Shown: positions 22,640 to 34,903 of the stretch, one piece after another
Position numbering within the stretch: position 1 is the first letter of the stretch
Layout: each line of letters begins with the position of its first letter
From: Trypethelium eluteriae
Taxonomy: Eukaryota
Assembly (NCBI GenBank): GCA_051942245.1
Contig: JAVECL010000019.1
Span: 62,001 to 102,228 of the forward strand
Reading direction: 5' to 3'
Length of the DNA stretch: 40,228 nucleotides
Position numbers and translations under genes: made by a program
Notes under the pieces: generated by a model
Told to the model about the DNA's origin: nothing
Databases searched by the model: none
The model's input: only the letters and a program-made list of their open reading frames with translations

Positions 22640-23083
22640 GTTTCGGGATTTCGGCGTTTTAAACTTCATGTCAGCTCGGAACTTTGTACGATATATTCCC
22701 GAGTTTCTTCGACAATGGAAACCAACCGATGATGCCTTCCCACATCCCAATTCAGGGTTCGGGGCACGGACTGGCTTCTCATAGACATTCGGCAGATGGT
22801 CTATTTCTATGCCACAGGGTTTTCGCAAACTTCTGTGATGGCATTTTTGGCCCTTGGTGCAAAGGAGTCGGGGATCATCCTCCAACCGCCGCCTCTCGTG
22901 GGCATATCTCAGCTGGATAGATAGGGAATTAAAGGTGCAGATAATGGGGATCGGATGGGTGAGTTCTCCTAGATAGAACTACAATATTCCGCTTCAATGT
23001 TCATTCGTTTTGTTCTCCATGATACGCCAGCTTCAGGCAATTGATGTCACGCAGTCTTCATCATTCTGACTGCAGCCCTCAGC

Positions 23084-24241
23084 TTACCTTTTAACAAGTT
23101 GCCTGTTGACAATAGCATGCCTCACAGCAGCGAGCATGTCACCAGCCCATCCAGCCCACCCTCTGGCGGCCGTGACAGCAGTGAGTAGGCCCACAAAATT
23201 CCTGCTAAATGTATCGCTCTGCTCAAAGTCGTCCACATAAGCCTCCCAGACAGCTCTTTCTTGCACGTCCTTCTTGCCTTCATCCTTTTCAGCCAGCTCC
23301 ATCTGCCCACTGCCGTCCTCTTTTGGCCGAACTTTGACCTTTGGCCCAACGACCAAGCCTCGTCCTCGAATCCGCGTATCCGACACAAGGCGCGAGGCAG
23401 CGTCGATGACGTCCTCAGGCTTGCCCATGGCACCACCTGCGAGAAGTGAGCGGGCCAGCGCGGGAACGATGGGTGTATCGATGAAGTAAGGACAGATCAT
23501 GTTGAGCCGGACGCCTAGCGCAAACGAAGTAGAGCGTAAGGAGCGGAAGAGGCCCAGGACGCCGTGTTTTGCGACGCCGTATTGTGCCTGTCCTGGTATA
23601 CCACAGAGACTAGCCATGCTCCCCACAAGTATCAAGCATCGATCCCTTGCGTCTTTCTCGGGGTCAGGATTCGGAGAGAGTGTCGCGGAGGAGCCCGGAT
23701 TCTTCGGCAAGTGGTAAAAGGCAAGATGAGCGGTGTAGAGGACGCCGAGCAGGTTTACGTCAACGATCTTGAGATTTGGCTTCCGTGGTACTTCTTCGCC
23801 CTCCGCATTCTTCTGGGTGGTGGGTATCATGAACGTGTCTGTCGTAGCAATGCCTGCATTGGCGACCACCACGTCGATACCTTTGTGTGGGCTCAACTCG
23901 ACTGCCTTCTTGAAGAGTCCGACCTGACTATCCCAGTCGGTGACATCGCAATGGATGTAGTGGATGTTCTGATTCCCAGTGGTCTTGCGCACTTCTTGAA
24001 CAAGAGCCTCGCCAGCCTGATCATTGATATCGCCAACAAAGACGTTCGCTCCAGCAGCAGCCCAATCTCGGCAGAAGCCAGCGCCAAATCCCGATGCTCC
24101 TCCAGTAACAACGATGGTCTTGGATTTTAGCCAGGACGTAGAGTAAGGAATAGTAAAGTCGACAGGAAGGGATTGGTGGATATATTCGCGTAGAGGTTGA
24201 GGCGTTGTAGAGGGCATAGCAAGCCCAGGTGCAGAAGCCAT
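23084..24241 (-). CDS. Classical short-chain dehydrogenase/reductase (15-hydroxyprostaglandin / hydroxyaverantin dehydrogenase-like clade)
   Basis: TGGASGFG, acidic GDIND (NAD-type), DVVVANAG, VNLLG, GSMAS, catalytic YGVAK, CPYFIDTPI. Single 385-aa ORF. Confidence 0.92.
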   Translation of the reverse strand: MASAPGLAMPSTTPQPLREYIHQSLPVDFTIPYSTSWLKSKTIVVTGGASGFGAGFCRDWAAAGANVFVGDINDQAGEALVQEVRKTTGNQNIHYIHCDVTDWDSQVGLFKKAVELSPHKGIDVVVANAGIATTDTFMIPTTQKNAEGEEVPRKPNLKIVDVNLLGVLYTAHLAFYHLPKNPGSSATLSPNPDPEKDARDRCLILVGSMASLCGIPGQAQYGVAKHGVLGLFRSLRSTSFALGVRLNMICPYFIDTPIVPALARSLLAGGAMGKPEDVIDAASRLVSDTRIRGRGLVVGPKVKVRPKEDGSGQMELAEKDEGKKDVQERAVWEAYVDDFEQSDTFSRNFVGLLTAVTAARGWAGWAGDMLAAVRHAIVNRQLVKR

Positions 24242-24704
24242 GGCGTCCGAGATGCTCTTCTAATCCTGCTTGATGTAGTTCGACTGGGTAGTCAGGAAAG
24301 CCTTATATCAGGTGCACGACAAGGCAGGAGAGAATTCGGTTAGGGGGGATATTCGGCGTCGAACTGATAACAGTCACAAGAGGCACGGAACGGCCGAGGT
24401 CCCATGTGCTCTGTGAATTGACTTTCCTCCATCAATCCGATAGTTAGCAGTCGCTTCCTGGCCATCGTAAGTGGCACCATTGAGAATTGCACTCAAGGTT
24501 TGACAAAGACGGGTGCACCGAGTAGCTACAAAGTGGTGGAGGAGAAATGACGCCATATGGTTCGCGCGCAAAAGAATTTCTTCCATTTCGCCGTGCTCAC
24601 CCTGAGAGAAGCCATTGAACAACAACAAAGGTTCACGATATCATGATGACTCGATAGCACTTATCTCTCTCTGCTTCACCCACATCATCTTGCTCTCAGC
24701 CGCC

Positions 24705-25778
24705 ATGTCTCAGACAGGCCTTGTTGCAATTCTTTTTCTCAAATTCTCTAGGACTGCTTCAAATGACCCAAACGTCCTCCGCGCCGACTACGCTACAATC
24801 TCTCAAGATGTCTACAAGAACATAATTAATCTACTCAGTAGCGCCCTTCCCTCTGAGCGAGCTTTCGAGTCTACGCAAAGAATCCTAAATCCCGGCCCCG
24901 AAGATGTCGCGGAAATGACCGTTGTCTTCGATCCCGATGAGTTCGGATTACCACAACACTACTCGACTGTAGAGGGAGAGAGTGAGGCATTGGAAATTGT
25001 GCGAAAGAGCGAAACTGTGAAGGGGTACCTATCGAGCCATGACCTCCAAGCCGTATTCCTACCACTGAGCACTCACACGGCACTCAAGAGAATACAACAC
25101 CACGAGGGAAAGGCGGGTCTGGCCTGTTTTGACATGGATTCTACTCTCATTGAGCAAGAGGTTATCGACTTGCTTGCTGGATCCCTAGGACCCGATGTTG
25201 AGAAACAAGTAAGTGGCATAACGGCGCGGGCCATGAGAGGGGAACTCGATTTCAAAGCCAGTCTACGGGAGCGCTGCAAATTGCTCAAGGGTGTTCAAGC
25301 AAGCATTTGGAAAGATCTTGAGCAAAGAATCACAATCGCACCAGGTGCAAGGGAACTCATCAAAGCGCTCAAGCAAAAGGGATGGAAGACGGCAGTCTTA
25401 AGTGGAGGTTTCACACCCCTTGCATTATGGCTGAAAGGTCAACTCGGTCTCGACTACGCCTATGCCAACAACCTTCTCGTCTCCGAAGATGGCAAGACTT
25501 TGACCGGAGAACTGGATCCGGAGACTTCAATCGTGGATGCGCAGGAGAAGAAGGCACTCATGTATGCTATGGCGGATGGTAACAACATTGCACGAAATTG
25601 TGTACTTGCAGTCGGCGACGGAGCGAACGATCTCCCCATGCTGAATGGTGCTGGCATTGGTATCGCCTTCAACGCGAAACCGGAGGTCAAGAAAAGAGCA
25701 CCTGCCGGGTTAGACACCTCCAGTCTCACAGATATACTCTTCGTATTAGGACCTGATGTAGATCCTCCGGCACAGTAA
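24705..25778 (+). CDS. SER2: Phosphoserine phosphatase (HAD superfamily)
   Basis: FDMDSTLIEQEVID (motif I), ITARAMRGELDFKASLRER, LSGGF, AVGDGANDLPML...GIAFNAKP. ATG in a GCCGCCATG context at 24705. Divergent from the SDR gene. Confidence 0.95.
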   Translation: MSQTGLVAILFLKFSRTASNDPNVLRADYATISQDVYKNIINLLSSALPSERAFESTQRILNPGPEDVAEMTVVFDPDEFGLPQHYSTVEGESEALEIVRKSETVKGYLSSHDLQAVFLPLSTHTALKRIQHHEGKAGLACFDMDSTLIEQEVIDLLAGSLGPDVEKQVSGITARAMRGELDFKASLRERCKLLKGVQASIWKDLEQRITIAPGARELIKALKQKGWKTAVLSGGFTPLALWLKGQLGLDYAYANNLLVSEDGKTLTGELDPETSIVDAQEKKALMYAMADGNNIARNCVLAVGDGANDLPMLNGAGIGIAFNAKPEVKKRAPAGLDTSSLTDILFVLGPDVDPPAQ

Positions 25779-26278
25779 AAAAGCTACAGCGGACAGCTTT
25801 GAGATGTCAAGATCTTTAGTCTGAGCTGACATAGCGCAGAAGACCTCGCGGACGAAGTTTAGCTGAGCTCCAGGATTTTAACATGCATGTGACAGTATGA
25901 GAAAGTCAACGCGTTGTTGTTTATCGGTATTCAAGAAGGAAGAGCCAGGTAGGAGACTCTCAACTAGTCCTCGCTGAGGATCATGTATCAAAAGCTGGAG
26001 GTAAGTAGCGTTCAGGAACCAATATTTACTTTCGCATTGTTTCGTAGGTATCATTTCTACTGCCCTACAACCTGTGGCACCGCGAACGTCTTCAAGCGTC
26101 ATAGAGCAATTCCACGCGAAATAGATACATTAGAAATGTCATTATGTCTAGACCATTCTATTATCATCCTCTGGTCTAGCCTCACCTAACCTTCTGATCA
26201 GACAAGTACATCACATGACTCCACTCTCTTAATGGAATTCTCCACCCTCGTGATGCGTGGTGAAAAGGAAATTTACAT

Positions 26279-27659
26279 TCACAAGAGACCGCCGCTCGTA
26301 GGGTCTGTGTATCCATCATAGGCCTGTGTGTAGCCTGGGAACTGACTGAACTGATCCTTATTGATACTGTTAAGCTGAGGGCAGCCCAACGAGTTCGTCG
26401 CATTGTTCAACGCGGATCCGATCTGATCTTGAGCAGCACTGATGTCAGTGAAGAGACCAGAGAGGAGATCGGGAGTCTCCTGGGTCGTGAGTTCTAGCGC
26501 ATAACAGAGCAAGTTGTTTCCTTCGGCCAGGTTCGAGGCCGAATAAACGCCGCTTGTAAGATTTGACGGATCGATGCCAACGAATGAGTTCGTTGTACCG
26601 GTGTTGCCTCCGATAGAACCGAATTCGGGGTACTTGACCAATTGAGCGACGGCGTCGAGGCTGAAGTATGGGATGGTGTAGGCATCCACGGGATGCCGGG
26701 TATACCAGTTATCTGGAATACGCTCGTGGCCGGGAGTATATGTAAAGTCGCCATCTTCTCCTGTGATTGAGTAGAAGGATTTCAAGACGTCGCCGGTTAG
26801 ACGACCCTCGGGATATTCAGCAGATTTGTTTGCCATGAAGCGATAGATGAAGGACCAAGCAGCAGGTTGGGCAGCGACGCCGCTAAATGGCGCGTTGAAG
26901 AAGTAGGGGTTATTGTCAATGCTCTCTTGGAAGCGAGTTGCGCGATAATCGGTGAGGAGGTCAAGGTCATAGTTATCGGCTGCTTTGCCGAGGTCGTATA
27001 GCGCCTGAAATTGCGATAGTTGGACAAGGTAGTCGTTGCCGTATTGGTATAGATCTCCACGGGTCGGTGAAGCATCACCCTCGTACTTGTTGTGCGAACC
27101 TGATATTCCTTGAGGCTCTCCGAGAAGGCCACCAAGCGAGACAAGAGAGGTGGGTCCACCGATGGACCAGCCTGTGAGATCACCGTCGAAGACGGATCCG
27201 TAAATGGCCAGAAAAGTTGAGAGATCGACGCCCATGCCAAAGACTGGGGGGATGTTAGCCGTAGGGAGGGTCTCGATGAGGAGAAGCGGTCGAACCTTTT
27301 CCTGTGCCTTCTATGAACTCGGAGATCGTCGCAACTCCGTTGTGCGGGAGATATCCACTGTTGTCTGGTCAGCCCTGTGTCCGTACTTCTGCTGAGAAAT
27401 CTTGAGCAGCTTACTGATTGGCCATGGCATTCAACCCAGGGCATGGTCCGCGCTGGTCGCCTTCGCCAGGAGCAACGAAGGCGTATTGACCAGTTGTGTC
27501 CACATACTGAAGGGACGGGTCAAAGGGAGGTGTGACGCCAGGAGCTTGACGCTTCACTGCCTTCCCATTGCTCTCCACATTGTTTAAATGTGCAAGAATA
27601 TCTGGGTAGGCTGTGCCGAAGCTCACCAATGCGAGACTGAGAAATAAAGGTGACTTCAT
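26279..27659 (-). CDS. Secreted heme-thiolate peroxidase / unspecific peroxygenase, long type, 3 exons
   Basis: Signal peptide and KR propeptide. DQRGPCPGLNAMANHGYLPHNG (proximal Cys, spanning intron 27414-27358), second intron 27295-27244, SHNKYEGDASPTRGD, PGHERIPDNWY, and a C-terminal Cys pair. Confidence 0.93.
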
Positions 27660-29323
27660 AGCGAACAATATGCAAAGGGGTAAGTAAAAAGAAGAGCTAA
27701 TTTACTGTGAGAACATTAGAGTGAAGGGGCGGGTAAGCTGGGAGCTGACGGGGGGAGCCGTGCTTTCTTAAATCATATATTTGAAGGACTCCAACATTGT
27801 AGGGCCAGCAACAGATCAAGCAAGATTTGGATCTATCGGCGATCGTGAGCCTCAGCGTCTTACCTTCCCAATAGCTAGACGAGATGGTCATGCGTCACAC
27901 GGTGACTTTGCCTCCGCACAGAGTTGCATATTGTATCGGACCCAATGCAAACGGCGTTGATACTAATTTCTGGGCTGGAAGATGGGTAAGTCCGGGGACG
28001 CTCAGTTCATTACCTGCCGGGAGATCGCCTCAAATGCACGAAGCCGCCGTGCAGTCATTGGCGAATTGGAATAATTATCGCCTATCTTGCTTTGTTTAAG
28101 ATGGCAGCAGCGGGTTCTTTTTCCTAACACTGCATTCAAGTGAGCGAGCGAGCGATCTACCGTTACTGTTCACAGTGCCGAGGCTGATAAAGGTATGTCC
28201 GAAGCTGTCTGAACGACGTAAAGCCCTCTTAGTTTGATACATTCAGGCTATCTTGAGAGCGAGCTCTGCTAGTTTATTCGCTTGGTCCAATGAGAAGGTA
28301 AGATATGTAAGCGAAAGAACTCAGCCGTTGAGTCTCATCCGGAAAAAGAAAGATGGGAGTCAGGGGTACAGTGACCAAATGTGGGGGAGACGGGAACCTC
28401 TCAACGTCGTGGCTAAGAACCGGTTATGAGGTTCGGAGGAATCGACTAAATCAGGACTCACTAAGTGCTCAGTCAGGAAGAACAAAGTAAGTGATCGGCA
28501 AGCCACGCAAATTCGCGTCTGAAGCGTGGGTAACAGCGAGGATATCCGCTAGATGATTTGATGAAAGAGGTCGCGGTTGTGTGCGATAAGTCAAGGATCA
28601 TTCTGGAAGTCTGAAGGAACTCTTCCAGCACGTCGCTCATACCTTGGCATTAGCTCACCTCCACTTACTGTATAGGAGATTGCTTTGCGTGGAGATAGCC
28701 AGCCATGTGGAGCACTGGGAGGATGACGAAGGATGGCACCTGGGACGGTGGACGAATGTGATTAGCGACAAGGATGCAGCCGGCTGACGGCTGATCGCCA
28801 TAACTCTAAGCTTAACTCAAATACCGTCGATCGTCCAACCACTCATAGATTTCCTTCCGCGTCATGGTGGTCCTAAAATTATTCATCCACCCCTACAGTC
28901 GGTGCTACACCACTGTTGTACAGAACCTAAGATTTTCTTATCCTCTTAGATGCCGAGGCAATCGCTTCACATGATTGCCACCTCGGCGGAGAAGCTCGCT
29001 TGACTAATTGTCTTACGAAAAAAAACTGTTTCAACGATACCAACGTGATCCCAATGAAGAAGAGTGGATGTGTGGCTGTCGACGAGAGAAGGCTTGACTT
29101 TACAATCTTCGTGATAGTGAAGCCTGATCTACAAATACACACGCCCACATGAACGGAAAATGCGACGAAACGTGCCACCGATGTCCGCACTATTAGGTAC
29201 ATCTGATAAGAAGTAAGCATACGTGCACCATCCTTGACACGGCTCCTTGCTCAATCAGGGCTTGCTCAGCCTGTCAAGTCCCAAAACCACGGCTTCGGGT
29301 ATCAATGAGATCGCACATCTGTA

Positions 29324-32106
29324 TCATCTGCTTCTATCGTACTCGCCTCGCTCAAGATCGGGCTCTTCGTCAGTGCTCTGCATGGGTAGTGCCGCGCTTG
29401 GAGAGTCGTTCCTTGTATGAGCCGCCCGCTCCTGAGCATCCTGGACATCCTCATCCACGACATGATCATCATGGTATTGGTCATGTGATTGATGAGATTG
29501 TGACGAGGATGTGCGTTGGAGAGATCTGACGACGTCTCCCTTACATATAGGACAAGTGCGCCGTCGAGTTGTCAGCCATGGTGTTCTACAAATTTCATTA
29601 GCCTGGTCACTACAAAATTACTGCAGAAAGCCTGTAAAAGGATGGGAGAGACTCACATGCAGCCTTCGTGGAACTCGTGCCCGCAAGGCAGGCTCATGAC
29701 TCGTGACACGCCGTCAACGTATTCCTCTAAGCATACTACGCATTCCCTTTGCTTGCCTCCATATTTTCTCCTCCATTCAGCCAGACCCGCATCTCGCTTT
29801 TCTTGCTGTGCATAACTACCTTCTCCTGGCTCCTCCTGATCGCCATGACTCTCCTCAGCCGCTATGGCCCTTGCCAACGTCGGTGGCGGAATCGAGCTCG
29901 CCGTCCTCGCCCTAGGTCTCGATCTTGAACTCCTGTCATTCCCATTCTGCAATAGTGGCGTGGTTGAAGTTGCAGTAACGGGGGTCGCGATAGGGCTGCC
30001 ACTGGAGGTGGTGGAACTTGGCAGTGTCTGATAAGTCCGCACAGGCAGCCTCTCTACTACCGACTTCGGTGCTCGCCATCTTCGTCGACGTATGCGGCTG
30101 CGAAGAAGTAAGAGCGCGTATACTACCGTGAGCGTAACAAGAGGAGACACAACGAGGACCAGAAGGGTATCGAAAAACGGGGAGGAAGACATAGACGTTG
30201 GCGTAAGTGTGACCCATAGACCTTCATGAGACTCCACTCCAATCGTCTTAGGTTGAGCGGAGTTCAAAACATTGGATGATGCCGGGTGCGGTCGCGTAGA
30301 TTTCGTGTTCTGAGAATTTAATGAATCGTAATGGTCAATAGTGTCCTCAACATCATGACTCCAAGCATGCCGCCAGCCTCTACTCGTTCCTTCACTGAAT
30401 TTGCCCTGCCTTGCTTCTTCGTTGGAGAACGGAAGAACGTGCGATGACTTTCTGGATGTAGCAGGATCACCAGACTGATCGTCTTGCGGTCCATACTCAC
30501 CACTGCCGGGGGTGATACTGCCCCCCTTTAACTGGTGAGACACAGTGCTGCTAGTACTGGAAACATGAGTGCCAGCTGGTCGACCCTTAGAGCTGCTGGT
30601 CGATGTGGGGAAGCCTTCCGTTTCGATGTTTGCGCCTACCAGGTCTGGGTCACGCCAATCATGGACACCGATCACGAAGCTATCGCCAGTCGAAGTCCTT
30701 TCCTGACCTGATGTAGACGTAGTAAGTGGTACTTTGGCTTTGGCTGTGCTTGCAGTCGTGTATGTTGTTTTTGATGATGTAGTAGTCAGCGTGAGCTCGG
30801 CTTCTTTCCATTCTTCAAGAACCCAATCAACCTGTCCGCTACTCGGAGGTCGTCTCGAATCTCGCCGTTGAGATTTACCTGTCCCAGATACTAGTCCCAA
30901 CCCAGATACCAGGGAGCGGATGAATCCGGCGGCCTTCTCCTCAGTTCGTGCAGACTTGACACGTTCAGAGTTGGCGGGCTTAGATGACCCTCGGATCACC
31001 GTAGACTTAGGTGCCAACGCAGTCGATGCAGACTTCGTGGTGAAAACCGGTCCTGCTTTGTCCGCTTGACCCTCACCACCGGCACTGTCCTTTTTATCAC
31101 CAGCGAACTTCTTGTTGGGCCCTGTCTTCCCAGGCAAAGTAGCGTCATCTCCAATGGGTACGCCATCGATATTACCTCCTGAGGGTATCAGTCCCGCCAG
31201 CAGATGAGCCGTCATGCGAGATGTGAAGAGAGCCGGAATGGTAATGTTAGATGTGTCACCCCGTGCGTACATTGTGACAAGAGGACCCCCACGAACGTCA
31301 TCTCCAACAATCAAAGCGGTGCCACCTCGTCGTTGCACCCATTTGACTTTTTCGAGGAATCCGCAGCCACCTCTGCTAAGCAACACTACGTTGCCATCTA
31401 TTTCTGCGCCTTCCTGCAATGACTGAATATCAGCATGAGCGCCTGGCTTCACACCCACTCTCCTATTCGGAGCATTCGGTTTTGTAATCGCAGTGTCTGA
31501 CAAAGGTTGGTGAAGATAATCATCTGTTCCGTCATCTTCGGCATTTGTGAGTGACGTATCCTCTCCCGTATCGCCATCCTCCATGGACACATCTTCAGCT
31601 CTTTTGCTCCGACGTTGAGCCTCCACAGGAGAAGCATTGTCACCAGTCTCGACCTTGCCAATCGTCTTCCTCCACGAAAATTGGCCTGATGTCTGTGAGT
31701 TGTGGCTGCTCTTCTGATCTGTTCCTGTCCATCCCGGCACATCACTGCACCCCAGCTCTCCTTCTGCTCCTGTGATGATGCCTCCGCGGCTGAGGCTGTC
31801 GTCGGAGAAGCCACTGCCAATCCAGAGTTGACCGCTCAATCCTACAGACGGTAGGCTCGGGCCGAATGCTGCAGGTCGGGCAAGGAAAAAGGTCGAGTTA
31901 TCATCGGTCAGACTTATGATGGCAGAAGGCGGAAACAAGGAGGAAGGAGTATGGAACGAGAAGAAGGAATGAATCGCGGAATCTCTTTTGGCGGCGGTCG
32001 GCCCTTCAGGTTCTGAAGCACGAAATGCGGTATAAAGGAGGATCGTAATCGCTAAAATGCAGGATGAGAGGGAGAGGACGAGACGTAAAGGACGCATAAA
32101 CGGCAT
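29324..32106 (-). CDS. PA-domain, transmembrane, RING-H2 E3 ubiquitin ligase (RNF13/RMR-like)
   Basis: Hydrophobic N-terminus; FFLARPAAFGP; PA motif VVLLSRGGCGFLEKVKWVQRRGGTALIVGD; TM FFDTLLVLVVSPLVTLTVVYALLLL; RING CVVCLEEY..LPCGHEFHEGC|ITPWL..CPIC across a GTGAGT...GCTAAT...TAG intron. Stop at 29326-29324. Confidence 0.92.
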
Positions 32107-33437
32107 CTTCGCGATCCGCAAAGCTCGAAGCCTTTTAACCAATTATTACCAAATATAGCGGCGCAACGGAATGCAAATCCAGTGATAGGGGATATCGAAG
32201 AGGCTAGGGCATGGTGAAGGTAAATCTGCCTGATTTCGAGGCGTGGCGGATCTGGGGTATAGAAAAACGCACAGCGTTGCGGGGCACGGCGTAGAGATTC
32301 AAGTGGCGAAGCGGCGAGAATATCTTTCTTTTCGTTTCAAGAGCGTGACCTCGAGGAGTCCCTTCGAGCAATGATGTAGAAGTTCTGACATCACGGGGTG
32401 AAGTATCATCCACACGAAGTCGTAGTGGCAGTGATGATATAGATGACCTTGGAGCCTCATGTGCGGGCATGCCACCCTGCGTCCGAGGCACGTGATAGAT
32501 ACTTTGTGACCAAAATCCCCGTCCTTTTTCATCTCGAAGGCAGCGACATACACTTGTCACTTGCAAACATTTACGCGACTCAATATGAACTAGGTAATCT
32601 GTTGACACCACAAGTAACACGAATTTGGTACGAAGCAATAGTGATGTATCGTCAACCAGGCTGATATCGGTGGCGATTACATCGAATGGCGCGTGTTGCC
32701 GCCCAGAAACACGCACAATCCTGACCAGACGGGGTCGTTGAGAGACAAGACTATACATGGCGGACCGTATATCTCCTCAAAACCCAAGTTCTAGTATTCA
32801 TGTTGTTTTTCTACCTAGCATTAAATATGCGGCACAAAAAACCACTGCACATCATCGATTGCGACAGCGAAGACCCCGGACGACGTCATTGTGGGGGTGT
32901 AGCATCAGCACTGACGGCAGCCACATGAGACGAAAAGCAATCAGCCACAACTTCTGCTCAGCAATCAGCATGCAGTTTCGCAGCATGAACGGCAGATCGA
33001 CGCTAGGAAGTTTCCCGACAGGAAGGAACGGCAGGCTCGCTTGCTGTCGATCTCGATATGTCTTGCCCATCTCTCCAGACACGCGTTCTGGATGGCAGCT
33101 TCGAGCTCCACCGCTGCCGTCATGATGCAAAAAAAAACCTAGCCTCTTACCCATTCCAAACCACCACTTTCTCCATCGCAAGGTGCCCCTTCCAATCAGT
33201 TTGCCATCCTGGAAGTTGGCATTCCCATCCGCCTCTTCCCATAATCTTCCTCGTCCCAAAAGCCTACTTTTGACTTGCAACCCATTTGACTTCTTTGCTT
33301 TACTACCTGTGTCCTGTGTCTTGTGTCCTGTGTTTTCCATTCTTCTTTTTCTACAATCCCTTGTTTTCTTAAGACTACCAATTACCTACCTAACTCTGCA
33401 ATCTCGGCTGGGCCACAGTACCATCAACATCTCCAAG

Positions 33438-34903
33438 ATGAACGTTGACAAGCCTACCTCTGGCATCACCCTACCCTTCACCAAGCCGAGGGCTCAAGAG
33501 CCTAGTGCCGACCGCCGGTTGAGAGGCTTCAACTGGTTGCCCAATGCCGTGCGAAACCACTTCATTGCCATGGCTGGCGAATTTGTCGGCACATTCCTTT
33601 TCCTATTTTTCGCCTTCGCCGGCACTCAAGTTGCCAATGCTGCGGTTGCTGGGGCAAGCACTGCAGGAGGGGGCCTTACCCAAGCACCAAATGCATCGGC
33701 CTTGCTTTACATCGCCCTTTCTTTCGGGATGAGCTTGGCTGTGTGTGCCTGGGTATTTTTCAGGATTAGCGGTGGATTGTTCAACCCTGCCGTATGTCTC
33801 GAACCTACTAGCCCTCGCATCAATCCAACCCCTCCTGCCTCAGCCAAAATGCTAACAACTTTGCTCCACAGGTCACATTGGGTATGGCTCTGATTGGAGC
33901 TGTTACCTGGGTTCGAGCCGGACTCGTTTTCATCTCCCAGCTGCTTGGTGCCATGTGTGCTGCCGCGGTCGTGTCAGCTCTCTTCCCTGGGCCAATGAAT
34001 GTCAAGACTACCCTCGGCGGCGGGACATCCATTGCAAGGGGCCTCTTCATTGAGATGTTTTTGACCTTCTTGCTTGTCTTTACAATCTTCATGCTTGCAG
34101 CGGAAAAGCACAAAGGAACCTTCATCGCCCCAATAGGCATTGGACTTGCACTGTTCGTTGCTGAACTCGCTGGTACGTTATGCCCATTCGAACATCTGAC
34201 AACCGATATCAACCTTGATCCTTGATCATGTCTTTTGTTCAACACTAGGCTAATGCATGTGTCCTCATTATAGGTGTGTTTTTCACTGGAGGCTCCCTCA
34301 ACCCTGCTCGTTCCTTCGGGCCTTGTGTCGCCCTCCGCTCCTTCGAAGGCTACCACTGGATATACTGGATTGGCCCGTTGCTCGGTTCCCTTCTTGCAGT
34401 TGCCTTCTACAAGTTCGTCAAAGTCCTCGAGTACGAAACTGCAAATCCCGGACAGGATATGAATGCTGCCGAAGCCGAAGCATTCAGTGACGACAAGCCG
34501 GGTGATGAAGAGGCGGGCTATGGAGGACGATCGCCCACGACTCCAGGTGCGCCAGGAAGTGCAGCAATAGCATCGAATATCAATTTATCCACACCTGAGC
34601 GAGAAGCTTTGCAGGGCTAACCTGCTTCTTTCTCTTCTTCTAGGACCTACTGCGGAACGCAACATCACAGGTACCCAACGTGGGCCGAGAGGCGGCGCAG
34701 GGAGGAATGGAAGGGTAAAAGATCGTGCGTACGACGGAGTCTCTGACGAGAACACCAATGGTAATGTTGCCCAGCCGATGACCCAGCACCCACCCGTCCA
34801 CACTCCCAAGAGTGGTACGAGACACGTGGGTAGGGCGCCTCACAGTGTGGGATCGGGAGGATACTCGCATTCTGGATTCAGGCCATCACCAGACTCTCCC
34901 TAG
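33438..34903 (+). CDS. Aquaporin (MIP family, orthodox Aqy-like type)
   Basis: GEFVGTFLFLFF, ISGGLFNPAV, LFIEMFLT, GGSLNPARSFGP, HWIYWIGPLLG. Introns at about 33792-33871 and 34173-34273, plus a probable third at 34547-34643. Stop at 34901-34903 if the third intron is spliced, or 34618-34620 if it is retained. Confidence 0.93.

Noticed and set aside
8900..23000. Starship or other transposon call for the accessory-looking block
   Set aside because: No captain recombinase, transposase, reverse transcriptase, terminal repeats or target-site duplication could be identified within the window.
17863..27659. Secondary-metabolite cluster (MFS + TF + SDR + heme-thiolate peroxidase)
   Set aside because: No PKS, NRPS, terpene synthase or DMATS backbone gene is present, and the housekeeping SER2 gene interrupts the set.
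32204..33340. ORFs of 120-184 aa between the PA-RING and aquaporin genes
   Set aside because: They lie in the divergent promoter and pyrimidine-rich 5' UTR region and show no protein-family features.
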